Position numbers and translations under genes: made by a program. The notes beneath the pieces are model-generated. The model was not told the origin of the DNA. It made no database searches and saw nothing but the letters and a program-made list of their open reading frames with translations. A stretch of DNA of 64,000 bases, taken from IMG/VR virus record IMGVR_UViG_3300040751_003707. One strand, given 5' to 3'. Positions 9,815 through 21,128 of this stretch are shown here, in pieces. This DNA comes from an uncultured virus (IMG/VR IMGVR_UViG_3300040751_003707). Lineage: Duplodnaviria; Heunggongvirae; Uroviricota; Caudoviricetes. The first letter of the stretch is position 1. Every line of letters starts with the position of its first letter.

Positions 9815-12800
9815 TGGGTTTTGTATTTCAATTAGTACTTTTTGTTGCTTCTACTGCTTATCAGATGATCAAGCAAAAGAAGCTAAAAGAAAAGATGGAA
9901 AGAGAAGCTGATAAAAGAAAAGGCTCTATCTTTACCGTTAAAAACGAGGCAACAGTTTTACCAGTTGTTTACGGTAGACAGCTTCTCGGTGGTGTTCAAT
10001 ATGATCACAGAATTAGCCGTAGCTTTCAATATACTGCGCCATTAAATGAGAGTTATATATTTGATTCAAGCCATGAAAATCCAATGGTTTATAAAGACAG
10101 CAGATATTATTCAGGGTCTGGGGTTATTACTACATTAGAAAACTTAGAACCTGTAGTTTTTTATTGTTATTTAGGGGTGGATGGTACTCCTCCTCCATTA
10201 AAAAGTTTAGTTCACATTACTTCAATACAAAAAAGAGAATACGGTAATAATTTTACTTTCGCTTTTGTTGAAGAATACAACCCTTCAGATCCAAAAAGAG
10301 TTGACGGATATATCGTTAATCATGGAACGTTAGGAGACCCTTACTTAGCCACCGCAGTGTCAACCGGAGAACAAGGGGGTTTTGATACTTCTTCTTATGA
10401 GATTGGTGATCTTTTATACATCATGAAAGATGGCACCATTCAACAGGTAGATGAAAGCGATAATAATATACTACAGTTCTTTGGAGTTGTATCAACAATT
10501 GATTCAGAAGATGGTAAGGTCCGTATAAACATTGATTCTTCTCAAGTAAGGAATTCTGCTCTAGGTTTAGAAAGTTTCAGTGAATATGTTTTTACTAGAA
10601 TGGGCGGTGATTCCGATGCATTGACTCTTGCAGACGGCGTAACTAACTCTAAAAACGAGATAATGATGGCTAAACATGCAATATGTCATGCAGGCATTAA
10701 CAGTGTCAAACACGTATTAGTTGATAACAAGCCTTGGTATCATAGAGATTTTAAAAAAGGTGTTCTCTTAAACGTTTGTTTGAATGGCGGTTTAAATCCA
10801 ATCTTGGTGGCGAACGGCTTCCCATACTCAGACAAGTTCACAAATGTGTGTTATGCAGCAACAATCTTCAGACTAGACCGAGATGAACAAAACTTTTCAG
10901 GTGCTCCTGATGTTCAGTATCTTGTAGAAGGTATGAAGGTAAGAATAATTGATTACGATGAGCTAACTGAAACTTATTCTATCAACGAGGAAAGGGTTTT
11001 CTCAAACAACCCTGCATATGTCCTTCTTGACTATTTAACCAACGATATTTTTGGTCGTGGTTTATCAGACGATGAGATTGATCTTGAGACTTTCTATCAT
11101 GCTGCTCAAATCTGTGCAATAACTGTAAAAGAAAATGCAGAGATTTCAGGAAACATCTTTGGATCAAAGCCTGTATCTAGTTATCCTACTTACTCTGATT
11201 TCCCAGATCCTAACGCATGGGGGTTTGAAGATATCTTCCTCAAAGATGATGCGGAGAATCAATACTATATCTGGAAAAAGACAGGCGGTACTAACGACGA
11301 TCCTCTTGGTGTTTTTGAAAAGATTGAGGGATTACCAACAAGAAATATCCCGCTCTATGAGGCAAACCTTACGCTAGACACTGAAATAAGTGTAAGAGAC
11401 AATATTGAAAATATCATGGGTACTATGGCTTACTCTGAGCTTGTATGGGGTTCTAATGGTAAGTATAAACTACTTCTTGAACACCCAACGACAGACGAAG
11501 AGGCAGAAGCTCTTGTTCAAGTCTCATTTAATGAAAATAATATCTTAAGAGATAGCTTTAATATCAGTTTCCCTTCAGCGGAAGATCGTTATAACTTTGT
11601 AACAGTAAACTTTCTAAACGAGCATAAGAACTTCAAGACAGATACTGTATCATGGCCCGAAAAGGGAAGCTCTGTACACACAACTTATTATCAAGAAGAT
11701 AATTATCAACCCTTTGAAACTTCTGTAAAAGCAGAGGGTGTATCTGATCCTTATCATGCATTAGCTCTTGCAGAGCATACTGTGAGGTCATCAAGAAGCT
11801 TATTTACAGTAAATTTCAAGGCAAACAAAGAAGCTCTTGTACTTGAGCCGGGAGATTTTATTGATATTACTCTTGAAGAGGCTGGTATCACAACACCTGT
11901 TATTATGAGAGTTCAAGAAACAAAGATCAGTGAATCTTTTACTGTTGAAATTACAGCTTATTTCTATGATCCTGATGTTCTTGCATGGAATGTAGCGGAT
12001 GATATCGCTTACCCAGATGGACAAAATTACGTAACAGTTGTAGACTCCATCACAGATCCAGTAATATCAGATCCGACAGATTCAAATCCAACTATCTGTG
12101 CAATTCTGTCTTGGCAGCACCCAGATGAAGACTATGAAGATATTTACAATTACGAAGTGTATTACAAAAGGTCTATTGACTCTAATTACAAGTATTTTAC
12201 AAATACACGGTTTAATTCTGTCAATATCCCTTTATTAGATGGTGCTCCTGCTCATACTGTATTTGATTTTAAGATAAGAACAGTAAGTCCATTTGGTAAT
12301 AAAAGTAGCTTTGTTTACTTACTTAACCAAGAGTTAAACTTTAAACCAGACAGTGTTAATTCGTTTTCAGCTACAGAAGAGCTTTATCTGACAAACAACG
12401 CATCTGGTGTTAAATCTAGAGTAAACTTTACTTGGGACGTATCAAACGTTGATGTATTGCCTTATTACTATAAGCTTGAGAAAAAGTTATCTACAGAAAG
12501 CGAATACTCAACTCTTGGTACGTACAATACAACTTCTGTTCAGATTCCAGACTTAGAGATTGGTGCATACTCTTTTAGACTAACCCCTTATAGTATCTTT
12601 GATGTGGCAGGTAACTCAACTATAATTACAAAACAAGTTGTTGGTTTCTCTGCTATTCCTTCAGATCCTACAGGATTAACTGGTAACGTAAATGAAGGTC
12701 AAATCAATCTATCATGGAATCTATCTACAGATCTTGATGTTCTTTATGGTGGTTCTATTCAAATACGACATCACATTGCAGAAGATTCAGTAGCCTCTTG

Positions 12801-13662
12801 GGACTCCGCGTCCATCCTTGTAAACTCTTTACCCGGTAACACAGATAACAAAACTGTCCCATTAATGAAGGGAACTTTCTTTATTAAATTTAGGGACTCC
12901 TCCGGAAACTTCTCAGACAACTCCTCTGTATTTATCAATACATTCGAAGATTTAACTTTTAATCAAGTTGACGTTATGAATGAATCTGATTCTAACTTCG
13001 GTGGTGTTAAGACAAACTGTTCTGTTGTTAATAGCCAACTTGTATTAGATAACGAAGAACTTTCAATGTCTTATCTGTTCAATGATGTAATTGATCTGGG
13101 CGAGGTCGTATCTGTAAGGATTACACCTTCCATTATTGGCAATGTTATTGATGTCACTAACAGTGTTGCTGGCTACTCTAACGTAGCAGCTGTTCCTAAT
13201 TTTGCTGGTACTGTCAAAAATGCTTCTTTAAATATTTACGTATCCACTACACAAGATGACCCTTCTGGGAGTCCTACTTGGACAGAATATGATCTGCTGA
13301 CTATCAGTAGCTTTAAATGTAGAGCCTTACGGTTTAAATTTGAAGGTGAAGTTGACGATGCAAATACACAGATACTATTAGATGAACTTTCAATTAAGGT
13401 AGATAAAAAGGATATTATCAAGTACGGAGAGTCTACAAGTAGCACTTCTTCAGATACAAATATCACCTTTAATACGCCTTTCTATGGAGGCCCCGGTGGA
13501 ACAAATAATCCTACAATTGGTATTCAAGTAATTAATGGTTCTCAAGGAGACGAAATTCTAATATCAAGTAGAAACAACTCAGGATTTAGCTATTCTGTTT
13601 ATAACTATAACACTGGATCAAGAGTTCAAAGAGACATTGACTGGCAGGCTATTGGACAGTAA
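9814..13662 (+). CDS. Central tail tip protein (lambda J-like) with FN3-like domains
   Basis: LPVVYG, NNPAYVLLDYLTN..FGRGL and LEPGDFI motifs, followed by FN3-like repeats. Confidence 0.85.
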   Translation: MGFVFQLVLFVASTAYQMIKQKKLKEKMEREADKRKGSIFTVKNEATVLPVVYGRQLLGGVQYDHRISRSFQYTAPLNESYIFDSSHENPMVYKDSRYYSGSGVITTLENLEPVVFYCYLGVDGTPPPLKSLVHITSIQKREYGNNFTFAFVEEYNPSDPKRVDGYIVNHGTLGDPYLATAVSTGEQGGFDTSSYEIGDLLYIMKDGTIQQVDESDNNILQFFGVVSTIDSEDGKVRINIDSSQVRNSALGLESFSEYVFTRMGGDSDALTLADGVTNSKNEIMMAKHAICHAGINSVKHVLVDNKPWYHRDFKKGVLLNVCLNGGLNPILVANGFPYSDKFTNVCYAATIFRLDRDEQNFSGAPDVQYLVEGMKVRIIDYDELTETYSINEERVFSNNPAYVLLDYLTNDIFGRGLSDDEIDLETFYHAAQICAITVKENAEISGNIFGSKPVSSYPTYSDFPDPNAWGFEDIFLKDDAENQYYIWKKTGGTNDDPLGVFEKIEGLPTRNIPLYEANLTLDTEISVRDNIENIMGTMAYSELVWGSNGKYKLLLEHPTTDEEAEALVQVSFNENNILRDSFNISFPSAEDRYNFVTVNFLNEHKNFKTDTVSWPEKGSSVHTTYYQEDNYQPFETSVKAEGVSDPYHALALAEHTVRSSRSLFTVNFKANKEALVLEPGDFIDITLEEAGITTPVIMRVQETKISESFTVEITAYFYDPDVLAWNVADDIAYPDGQNYVTVVDSITDPVISDPTDSNPTICAILSWQHPDEDYEDIYNYEVYYKRSIDSNYKYFTNTRFNSVNIPLLDGAPAHTVFDFKIRTVSPFGNKSSFVYLLNQELNFKPDSVNSFSATEELYLTNNASGVKSRVNFTWDVSNVDVLPYYYKLEKKLSTESEYSTLGTYNTTSVQIPDLEIGAYSFRLTPYSIFDVAGNSTIITKQVVGFSAIPSDPTGLTGNVNEGQINLSWNLSTDLDVLYGGSIQIRHHIAEDSVASWDSASILVNSLPGNTDNKTVPLMKGTFFIKFRDSSGNFSDNSSVFINTFEDLTFNQVDVMNESDSNFGGVKTNCSVVNSQLVLDNEELSMSYLFNDVIDLGEVVSVRITPSIIGNVIDVTNSVAGYSNVAAVPNFAGTVKNASLNIYVSTTQDDPSGSPTWTEYDLLTISSFKCRALRFKFEGEVDDANTQILLDELSIKVDKKDIIKYGESTSSTSSDTNITFNTPFYGGPGGTNNPTIGIQVINGSQGDEILISSRNNSGFSYSVYNYNTGSRVQRDIDWQAIGQ

Positions 13663-13674
13663 GGAGAAGAATAA

Positions 13675-14589
13675 ATGTCAACAGCAAGTTTAACTATTAA
13701 TGCATCCCAAACAGGGCTTGCATATACTTCAGATTTAAATGACGCCCTTGCGGCAATTAATAGCTGTCATTCTGGAAACACAGCACCAACAGACGACTTA
13801 ATTACAGGTAAGTTTTGGCTTGATACAAGTGGAACGAATCCTGTCCTTAAAATTTACAGAAACGGCTGGAAGAGTTTATTTACACTATATGCCTCTGGAC
13901 CACCCGGTTTAGATGTTAACTCAATAAATTCAACTTACACGATTGCAAGTAATAGTGTAATTCAAGCAGGTAAAGGTAGTGGCGGTGTTTCGTTAAGCAA
14001 TAACGATGGTTATGGCAACGCTAATGTAACCTTTAACCATCTAAACGGAACACCTGAACAAACCGGTAACGCCGCTAGGATTGTAGTCAATACTGATTCA
14101 ACTACAAATGGCAGTTTAAATATTCAGGTAGGAAGTAACAAAACAGAAGGTGTAGCTGGTGGATTAACCTCTGCAGCAGTATTTACTGATACGTCTCAGA
14201 CTCTCAACTATGCAGGTTCAAGTAAGCTAAATACGTCTTCTTCTGGTGTTTCAGTAACAGGTTCCTTAACTGCAACTGCCACAGTAAGTGCCGTAGATTT
14301 TAACTCAACTTCTGACAGAAGGTTAAAATCCAGCATCAAGCCTATTTATAATGCATTAGATACTGTTATGGATATTGTAGGTAAATCTTATGATATAAAT
14401 GGAAAAAGTTCATTTGGTGTTATTGCTCAAGAGATTGAAACAGTAATTCCAGAAGCAGTATCAGAAGATAACAAAGGTTATAAGTCTGTAAATTACAACA
14501 TGATTATTCCATTCTTAATTGAATCAATTAAGGAACAACAGGAAGAAATCAATCTACTTAAAGACAGATTAGCAGAATTGGAGAAATAA
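13675..14589 (+). CDS. Tail fibre with C-terminal intramolecular chaperone (peptidase S74)
   Basis: TSDRRLK, GVIAQEIE..IPEAV and VNY...IPFLIESIKE motifs. Confidence 0.85.
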   Translation: MSTASLTINASQTGLAYTSDLNDALAAINSCHSGNTAPTDDLITGKFWLDTSGTNPVLKIYRNGWKSLFTLYASGPPGLDVNSINSTYTIASNSVIQAGKGSGGVSLSNNDGYGNANVTFNHLNGTPEQTGNAARIVVNTDSTTNGSLNIQVGSNKTEGVAGGLTSAAVFTDTSQTLNYAGSSKLNTSSSGVSVTGSLTATATVSAVDFNSTSDRRLKSSIKPIYNALDTVMDIVGKSYDINGKSSFGVIAQEIETVIPEAVSEDNKGYKSVNYNMIIPFLIESIKEQQEEINLLKDRLAELEK

Positions 14590-14590
14590 A

Positions 14591-14998
14591 ATGAGTGCGT
14601 TAATTACTACGCTCGCTCCTATTATCAGTGAATTAGTAAAGAGAATCATCCCTGACGCAGACAGATCTGCTGAAATTGACAGAGAAGTAAGACTTTCTTT
14701 ACTTGAACATGCTGATAGTATTGAGGCTATCCGTGGTCAGATTATTCTTGCCGAAGCTAACTCAACAAGTTGGCTAACGTCTACTTGGAGACCATTACTT
14801 ATGATGGTAGTGGTCGCCATTATCGCAATGAATTACCTTGTATTTCCTATTCTTGGAATTGTATTTGGTGTTGAATTGCTTTTAGATTTACCAGAAGAGC
14901 TATGGACACTACTTACAGTCGGTGTTGGTGGTTATATTGTTGGTAGGTCTGGCGAAAGAATGGTCGAACATTACAGTCAAGGAGGGAGTAATACATAA
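14591..14998 (+). CDS. Holin (GTA-type 3TM holin family)
   Basis: SWLTSTWRPLL, hydrophobic segments, and LWTLLTVGVGGYIVGRS.EK-like motif. Confidence 0.8.
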   Translation: MSALITTLAPIISELVKRIIPDADRSAEIDREVRLSLLEHADSIEAIRGQIILAEANSTSWLTSTWRPLLMMVVVAIIAMNYLVFPILGIVFGVELLLDLPEELWTLLTVGVGGYIVGRSGERMVEHYSQGGSNT

Positions 14999-15471
14999 TG
15001 AAATTCTCATCACTTAAACTAACATCTATGTTTAAAAAACCTGAAAACAAAGTATACAAAATTGCAGAGAGCTATATCGGCACTCATGAAATTCCGGGTG
15101 AAGATGATAACCCAAAGATTGTTGAGTTCTTTGCAAAAGTTGGTCATTCTTGGGTTAAAGATGATGAAACCGCTTGGTGTGCAGCCTTTGTTGGTGCCTG
15201 TTTAGAAGAAGCAGGTTATAAATCAACTAAGAAGCTAAATGCAAGATCCTACCTAGAGTGGGGTGACGCCGTTATGCCAAATCAAGCTGAAAAAGGAGAT
15301 GTCATCATCTTTTGGAGGGAATCCCCACAGTCATGGAAAGGGCATGTGGCCTTCTTCCACAGCTATGACGCTAACGGGAACTTAAACGTTCTTGGAGGTA
15401 ATCAGAGCAATGCTGTTACGATCGAAACATACAAGAAAGGCAGACTTTTGGGCGTTAGACGACCAATCTAA
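14998..15471 (+). CDS. TIGR02594-type NlpC/P60/CHAP peptidoglycan hydrolase
   Basis: DDETAWCAAFVG, ARSYLEWG, GHVAF and LGGNQSNAV motifs. Confidence 0.88.
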   Translation: MKFSSLKLTSMFKKPENKVYKIAESYIGTHEIPGEDDNPKIVEFFAKVGHSWVKDDETAWCAAFVGACLEEAGYKSTKKLNARSYLEWGDAVMPNQAEKGDVIIFWRESPQSWKGHVAFFHSYDANGNLNVLGGNQSNAVTIETYKKGRLLGVRRPI

Positions 15472-15490
15472 AAATACTTCCGACTAATGA
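15470..15490 (+). promoter_or_regulatory. Putative phage-RNAP promoter, class B copy 1
   Basis: AAAAATACTTCCGACTAATGA; six intergenic copies, all on the + strand. Confidence 0.8.
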
Positions 15491-15532
15491 TAAGAAGACA
15501 GAGAATTACTCTCTGACAGTCTTCTACAGAGG

Positions 15533-15573
15533 ACAGCGGGGTGAATTATATCACTCTGCTGTTCCTTATTTTT
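15533..15573 (+). terminator. Hairpin / putative intrinsic terminator between the tandem promoters
   Basis: ACAGCGGGGTGA-attata-TCACTCTGCTGT followed by TCCTTATTTTT. Confidence 0.55.
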
Positions 15574-15581
15574 ATAGAACA

Positions 15582-15602
15582 AAAAATACTTCCGACTAAT
15601 GA
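15582..15602 (+). promoter_or_regulatory. Putative phage-RNAP promoter, class B copy 2 (upstream of portal)
   Basis: Exact AAAAATACTTCCGACTAATGA. Confidence 0.8.
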
Positions 15603-15722
15603 GGACAGGGGCCTCTATATTATATAATATATTAATAAAATACTATTATTATATTTATTATTTTATTTATGTATTAATTAAAATTAAACAATAAAACTAT
15701 TAACTTATAGGAGAGACTTATT

Positions 15723-17306
15723 ATGGCTCAACTGATTAAAGCTGCTAAACCAACTAAAAAGTCTGTAGCTGACCCTAGTGATAGTTATCACTCATTAAAG
15801 CCTCTCTGGAAAAAAGCAAGAGCTGTACTACAAGGTGAGGATAATGCAAAAGCTCACGATGAATTCGTAAGAGATAAAGACAATCTTCTTATCCCTTTTT
15901 CTCCTTCTATGACTCAAGAACAATATGAGTTTTATAAGAAAGAAGCAGAACTTCCCGGATTAGTTGCTCAGTACTGTAAGGTGTTAATTACCTCACTTCT
16001 CAGGAAAAAGTCTCAGTTAACACTACCAGAAGACCTTCCTGAAGATGCTATAGATTGGATTGAAACTAACTTTACACTCGACGGTAGAGGTCTTTTTAAC
16101 TTTCTAGATACAGCGTTGTGGGAAGAACTACAAACATCCCGGTGTTGGGTTTATGTAGACTATCCTAATATCGCTATAGAAGAATGGGAAGCTATGTCTA
16201 CTGAGGATAAAGAGGTTGTGTCCCCTTATCCTGTTGTGATTAAAGCAGAAAATGTAATCAATTATCAAACAAGTATTCATCCAATTACACGAATAAAGTC
16301 TATCACAAGGTTTGTAACTCGTTATATTGTTGAAGAATATACTGATGTTGAAAACCCTTGGCACCCCGAATATCAAGATGTCGTAGCAGACCATTACCTT
16401 GATGAATCTGGTGGCCTTGTTATTGATTACTACAAAAGAGAATATCAAGCAGATAATGTAAAAATCTTAAATGGTGAAGTTTCTCGTGAGTTCTTAGACA
16501 GGCTCACTGAAGCTAAATTTGTTAAGTATGATACAGTTTATCCTACTATGTGGGGAGAGCGTGTCCCTAAGATTCCAGCATGGCCTTTAAACGGACAGAT
16601 TGAACCGATCGAACCAGTGTTAATGCCTCTAATTGACAGAGAGATTTCTCTTTATAATAAAATCTCAAGAAGAAACCACCTTCTATATGGTGCAGCTACT
16701 TATACTCCGATTGTAAAATCAGATATGTCTGATGATGAGTTTCAAGAGATTGTAAACGCTGGCCTTGGTACTTGGCTCAGGGTCCGTAAAGACGAAGATA
16801 TTTCTGTTTTACAAACACCCACAGCGGCTCTTTCTGATATGGACAGATCTATTAAAGAAACTGTTGAAGATATGGCTAAGATGGGTATTAGGATGTTATC
16901 CCCGGAACAAGCTGCTTCAGGTGTTGCTTTAGAAATCAGGAATGCATCTCAGACAGCTCAACTCGGGTCACTTAACGCTAAGATCTCCTCTACTATGAGA
17001 GAGATTATTGCATTTATGCTGAATTGGAAATACAACAGGTATTACACAGGAAACGATATTAACTTCCAGATGTCCGCAGACTTCTCACCGATTGTTGGTG
17101 GCGAGGGTTCAATGAGACTCGTTACAGAATGGTACAGAGAAGGGTTTATCCCTCGTTCTGTATTTCTCAATATTGCAAAATATAATGATTTCCTTCCTGC
17201 AGACTATGACGATGAATCAGCTATTGCTGAAATTCAGACAGACTCACTTGTCGCCGGGAGTCAACAAAACCAACCACAACTTGATGTTATGGAAACAGAA
17301 GCTTAA
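15723..17306 (+). CDS. Portal protein (DUF4055-like)
   Basis: 527 aa, first gene of the head module; CWVYVDYP motif and acidic C-terminus. Confidence 0.8.
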   Translation: MAQLIKAAKPTKKSVADPSDSYHSLKPLWKKARAVLQGEDNAKAHDEFVRDKDNLLIPFSPSMTQEQYEFYKKEAELPGLVAQYCKVLITSLLRKKSQLTLPEDLPEDAIDWIETNFTLDGRGLFNFLDTALWEELQTSRCWVYVDYPNIAIEEWEAMSTEDKEVVSPYPVVIKAENVINYQTSIHPITRIKSITRFVTRYIVEEYTDVENPWHPEYQDVVADHYLDESGGLVIDYYKREYQADNVKILNGEVSREFLDRLTEAKFVKYDTVYPTMWGERVPKIPAWPLNGQIEPIEPVLMPLIDREISLYNKISRRNHLLYGAATYTPIVKSDMSDDEFQEIVNAGLGTWLRVRKDEDISVLQTPTAALSDMDRSIKETVEDMAKMGIRMLSPEQAASGVALEIRNASQTAQLGSLNAKISSTMREIIAFMLNWKYNRYYTGNDINFQMSADFSPIVGGEGSMRLVTEWYREGFIPRSVFLNIAKYNDFLPADYDDESAIAEIQTDSLVAGSQQNQPQLDVMETEA

Positions 17307-17330
17307 ACTTACTACTCAAGAGGGTACTAG

Positions 17331-20300
17331 ATGGCTATTAATGATGATATATACGACAGAATCGTAGACCATATGACAGACGTAAGGTTATATGAAGAGA
17401 GTGTTCAGGTTCAAAATAGACGGATTTTTTCTCGACATAGATCAAACCTAAGAGATCTTTTACGTGGCGATCTACGTGCAAACTTAGAAAGAGAAATGAG
17501 ACGGTTTTCAAGAGAACTTCAAGTTCATCAAGAAACTGCAATGAGAGAATTCTCTACTTCTCAGTTAGACTTTCATACAAGTAACTTAAACAAATCCGTT
17601 GGTTCTTTCTTTAATGTACAGAGACCAAGATCCAGAGAAATCCTTGCCCAAATAACCGGAAATGCTATTAGGGGTGATAACACTATCGCAGGCAATATTC
17701 AAAATATTTCTGCCGGTGAGCTTGTAAGAATCCAAAACAAGGTTAATCTCGGGTTATCAAGAGGAAGATCAAGAAATGACATTATTTCAGACGTATTATC
17801 AACAACTAAGCTATCTGAGCATCAGGCACGCACCCTTACTAGAACCGCTATTACAAGCACTCAGTCTACTGCCCTTATTAATGTAGTAGAAAGAAACAAA
17901 GATATTATCTCTGGCTACATGTTTACTGCCATCTTAGATGGTAAAACTAGCGCTATTTGTTCTTATCATAATGGTAAAGTATACGATGTCGATGATGCAA
18001 GGTTTAGACCTCCTCTGCATTGGAATTGTAGATCTACCTTAATTCCTGTAGTCAAATCTAAAGATCAGTTGCTTGAAACAGACTCTGCGAGGATTAAACG
18101 TAGAAATCTTAAGGAAACAGCGGATAATCAATTATCTGGTAGAACACCACCACAAGAATCTTTTGGTGAGTGGTTACGAAGACAATCAATGGCTATTCAA
18201 ACAAGAATTTTAGGTTCTGAAGAGAAAGCCAACTTATTCAGACTTGGTACTCTTAAATATGATGACTTTGTAAGTAAAACAGGCGAGCTTCTTTCTATTG
18301 CTGCTCTTAGACGAAGAGCTGCTGAAGTCACCGCACCGTACTTTGGTAAAGTAAATGTCACTGACAGAGATACAGTTATCAGGGCATCAAGACCTTCTTT
18401 TCTTATTAATAATCCATCTAGGAGAGATGAACTACTATCTATGTTTATCTCTGACTCTTTAGACTTTAATAAGACTTTATCTCTTACCGACTACAGAGGT
18501 ACTTCCCTCGTTGGTAAACAAGCATCAAGAAGGCGCTATGGTAACACCTTCGATGAAAGAAACCACAGTGAAGATCCCTTTACTGGTGAGATTACCAACA
18601 CTAATATTTATGCCCCTGATTTTAATTTGTTGCAAGAACGAATTGACTTTATGAGAGCGTCTAAAACCCTTACAAGAGACCAAAAGGACTTTATTGAGGA
18701 CTTTGCTAATAGACTTGAAGACCGTGTTTCAGTTAATCAACAAACAGTAATTGTTGAAAATCTCCGGGTTGTGTTTGAACGATATATGAGAGACAAAACC
18801 CCCTGGGATGATGTTGCATCTGTTTTACGTGCAGAAAACAGGTTTGCAGTTCAAAACACTTCAAGACTACTTGATACAAGATCTAGACAAAGATCTGAGG
18901 TGTTTGCAAGGTATATCACAGGAGAGGGTGGCAGACCACAAGCGCAGGTATTTGGTACTTATTATGATTTCGATGATCTTTCTTCACGTCTACTGAGAGA
19001 TCAAAGAATCTTAGATAGTTGGGAACAGAAAGAGGGCCGCAGGCTTGCAAGAAGGATTTTCTTATCCGGGAGATCCCCTATGAGAACTTACTTTGCAAGG
19101 TTCTTAGATCGATACCCAACTAAGAAAAAGATCGTTTCAAGACTTAATAAAGAGTTTCCAGTATTCTCTAAGGCTTATAATCTTTATAAAAAGTTAAACA
19201 AGAGAGAACCGTCTGATGCTTGGATTACAAAACAAATGGCTAAAATACGAGAAACATATCGTTTTATATTAGACTTTGAGTTTTTAAATATAAGAAAAAA
19301 GCCAAGTAGTAAAGTCTTTAATGAAAAGTCAATTAAGTCTTTATCAGGTATTATGAAATTAATTGCTGAAGGTAATTCAACAGATTATGACACTCTTGCT
19401 ATCAATATCGGTAAGAAGTTACACAGAGACCTTGGTCAGTTAACACCGTTTACTTCTTCAAGTCTAAGAGACTATCATGCAGAAGGTTCGAGGATTCTTG
19501 AATATCTCAGAGATAATAACATTATCAAAATTCAATTCAGAGGTGTTACAAGAAGAGGTGTGATCGATGTCGATACAGGCAGAGCCAGCGGAGGTTGGGG
19601 AGATACAATCTCAAGAGAAGTTATTGTTGTTGATAAACAAGTAAGGGAGCTTCAAGAGACTGCCAGAAGACTGTTTATAAGTAGAAGAATTGGTAATGTG
19701 AATGAAAGAGACCGTCTATACGTAAAGGCAGGTCATAAGACTTACTTTGATGCAAGAGGTAAGAACACAGGTATCCCAATTATTTCTCAAAGTAAATTTG
19801 CTGATTTTGATGCAAATCAAATTGACAGAGACTTTGCTAATATGCTTAATCACGTCATGAATGTGCAATACAGAGTTGACGACGAGTTTGTTGATTTCAT
19901 GGATTATCTACTCAGGTTCAGAGACCCTCGTGGTAATTCTAAGTACTATGACTCTATTAACGAGTTTAGACAAGAGATTATCAGCAGAGGCGAAGGTGGC
20001 TATGGTCTGGTTTCAACTGCTAAATATCATAGACAAAGAGGGCAACCTTTCAGAACTAACGCTTATATTGACTCTCGTGGACGAGTTTATCACAGAGGTT
20101 ACTTAACACCTACTGGTGGTGAAGTGGCAAGACCGTTTCTTAATTCTAACAGAGCTTATTCTCTCTCGCCAGAAGCACTAGATGAGCTTCAGATTCAAAT
20201 GGGTGCTCTTATCGGACCCGGCACAGAAGCCTTAACTCAAGCTGGTAGAAGAGCAATCTTCCAAAGGAATAGAGAAAAGATTATTGAGCTTGGTGAGATC

Positions 20301-21128
20301 ATGCTTTCAACAACTCAACGAGACAGAAGAATTCGTGAATTCCTTGAACACCCATTGATTAAAGGACTTGAAGGGAAAGAAGTCCCTAAGATGGCTAGAA
20401 TGGCTCTTGAGTATGCCAGAATCAATCGTCATGTTGACGGAGATTTTTCTTCTGGTTATAACAGAACCTTTTTTGGTGAAGACCACACCCCTCAAAATGT
20501 ATTAGAAGTACAAAGAAGAGTTGAGGAATTTAGACCTCAAGTGGTTTATCATGAATTTTGGGAAGAACCTGAAACAATTGCTTGGGCAAGAAAAAACGGG
20601 TTTGAGCTAAGGCCCGGTGATTTAAGTTATGCACAAAAGGAAAGATTAATCGAAAGATATGGTGGACAAACAGAGCAGTTTCACAGAGACAGAGAAGCAT
20701 TCATGCTTAGACAGTATAACAATGCGGACCCTAATGTAAGAAACGCATTTGTTGTTGGAAATGACCACGCTTTTGACAGAGGTTCTGTAATTGCTCAGAA
20801 TCCAAATATCAGAAGAATTTCTGCTAATGGCCAAACATATCCTTCTAGGAATGACAAGTTATCTACCTATCAGACAAGACTTATGATCGAGAATGATGCG
20901 TCATCTTCTGGTGCTCAGATCATTGGACTATCAACAAGAGATAGAAGTATTTCCGAGGCAAGCAATGTACTAGCCACTGATAGGAAAAACAGGCTTTATG
21001 ACCTTGTTGCTATGGATACTGTAAATGATCCAGAGTTTATTAACATTCGTGCGTTAAGAGATGCAAACCTAACTTGGGAAGACTTAGCTAAGGCAGCTAA
21101 AGCACAAAACATGGTGCATTTCTACGGT
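17331..21128 (+). CDS. Exon 1 of a MuF (SPP1 gp7-like) minor head protein fused to a T7-like RNA polymerase
   Basis: MuF motifs TRTA, TAILDGKTSAIC, PPLHWNCRSTLIP. RNAP motifs IDSRGRVY, motif A ENDASSSGAQ, and motif B up to KAQNMVHFYG. Confidence 0.88.

Noticed and set aside
20450..20850. Intein in the RNAP
   Set aside because: No N-terminal Cys/Ser block and no His-Asn followed by Cys/Ser/Thr; the motifs fit a Tiki-like domain better.
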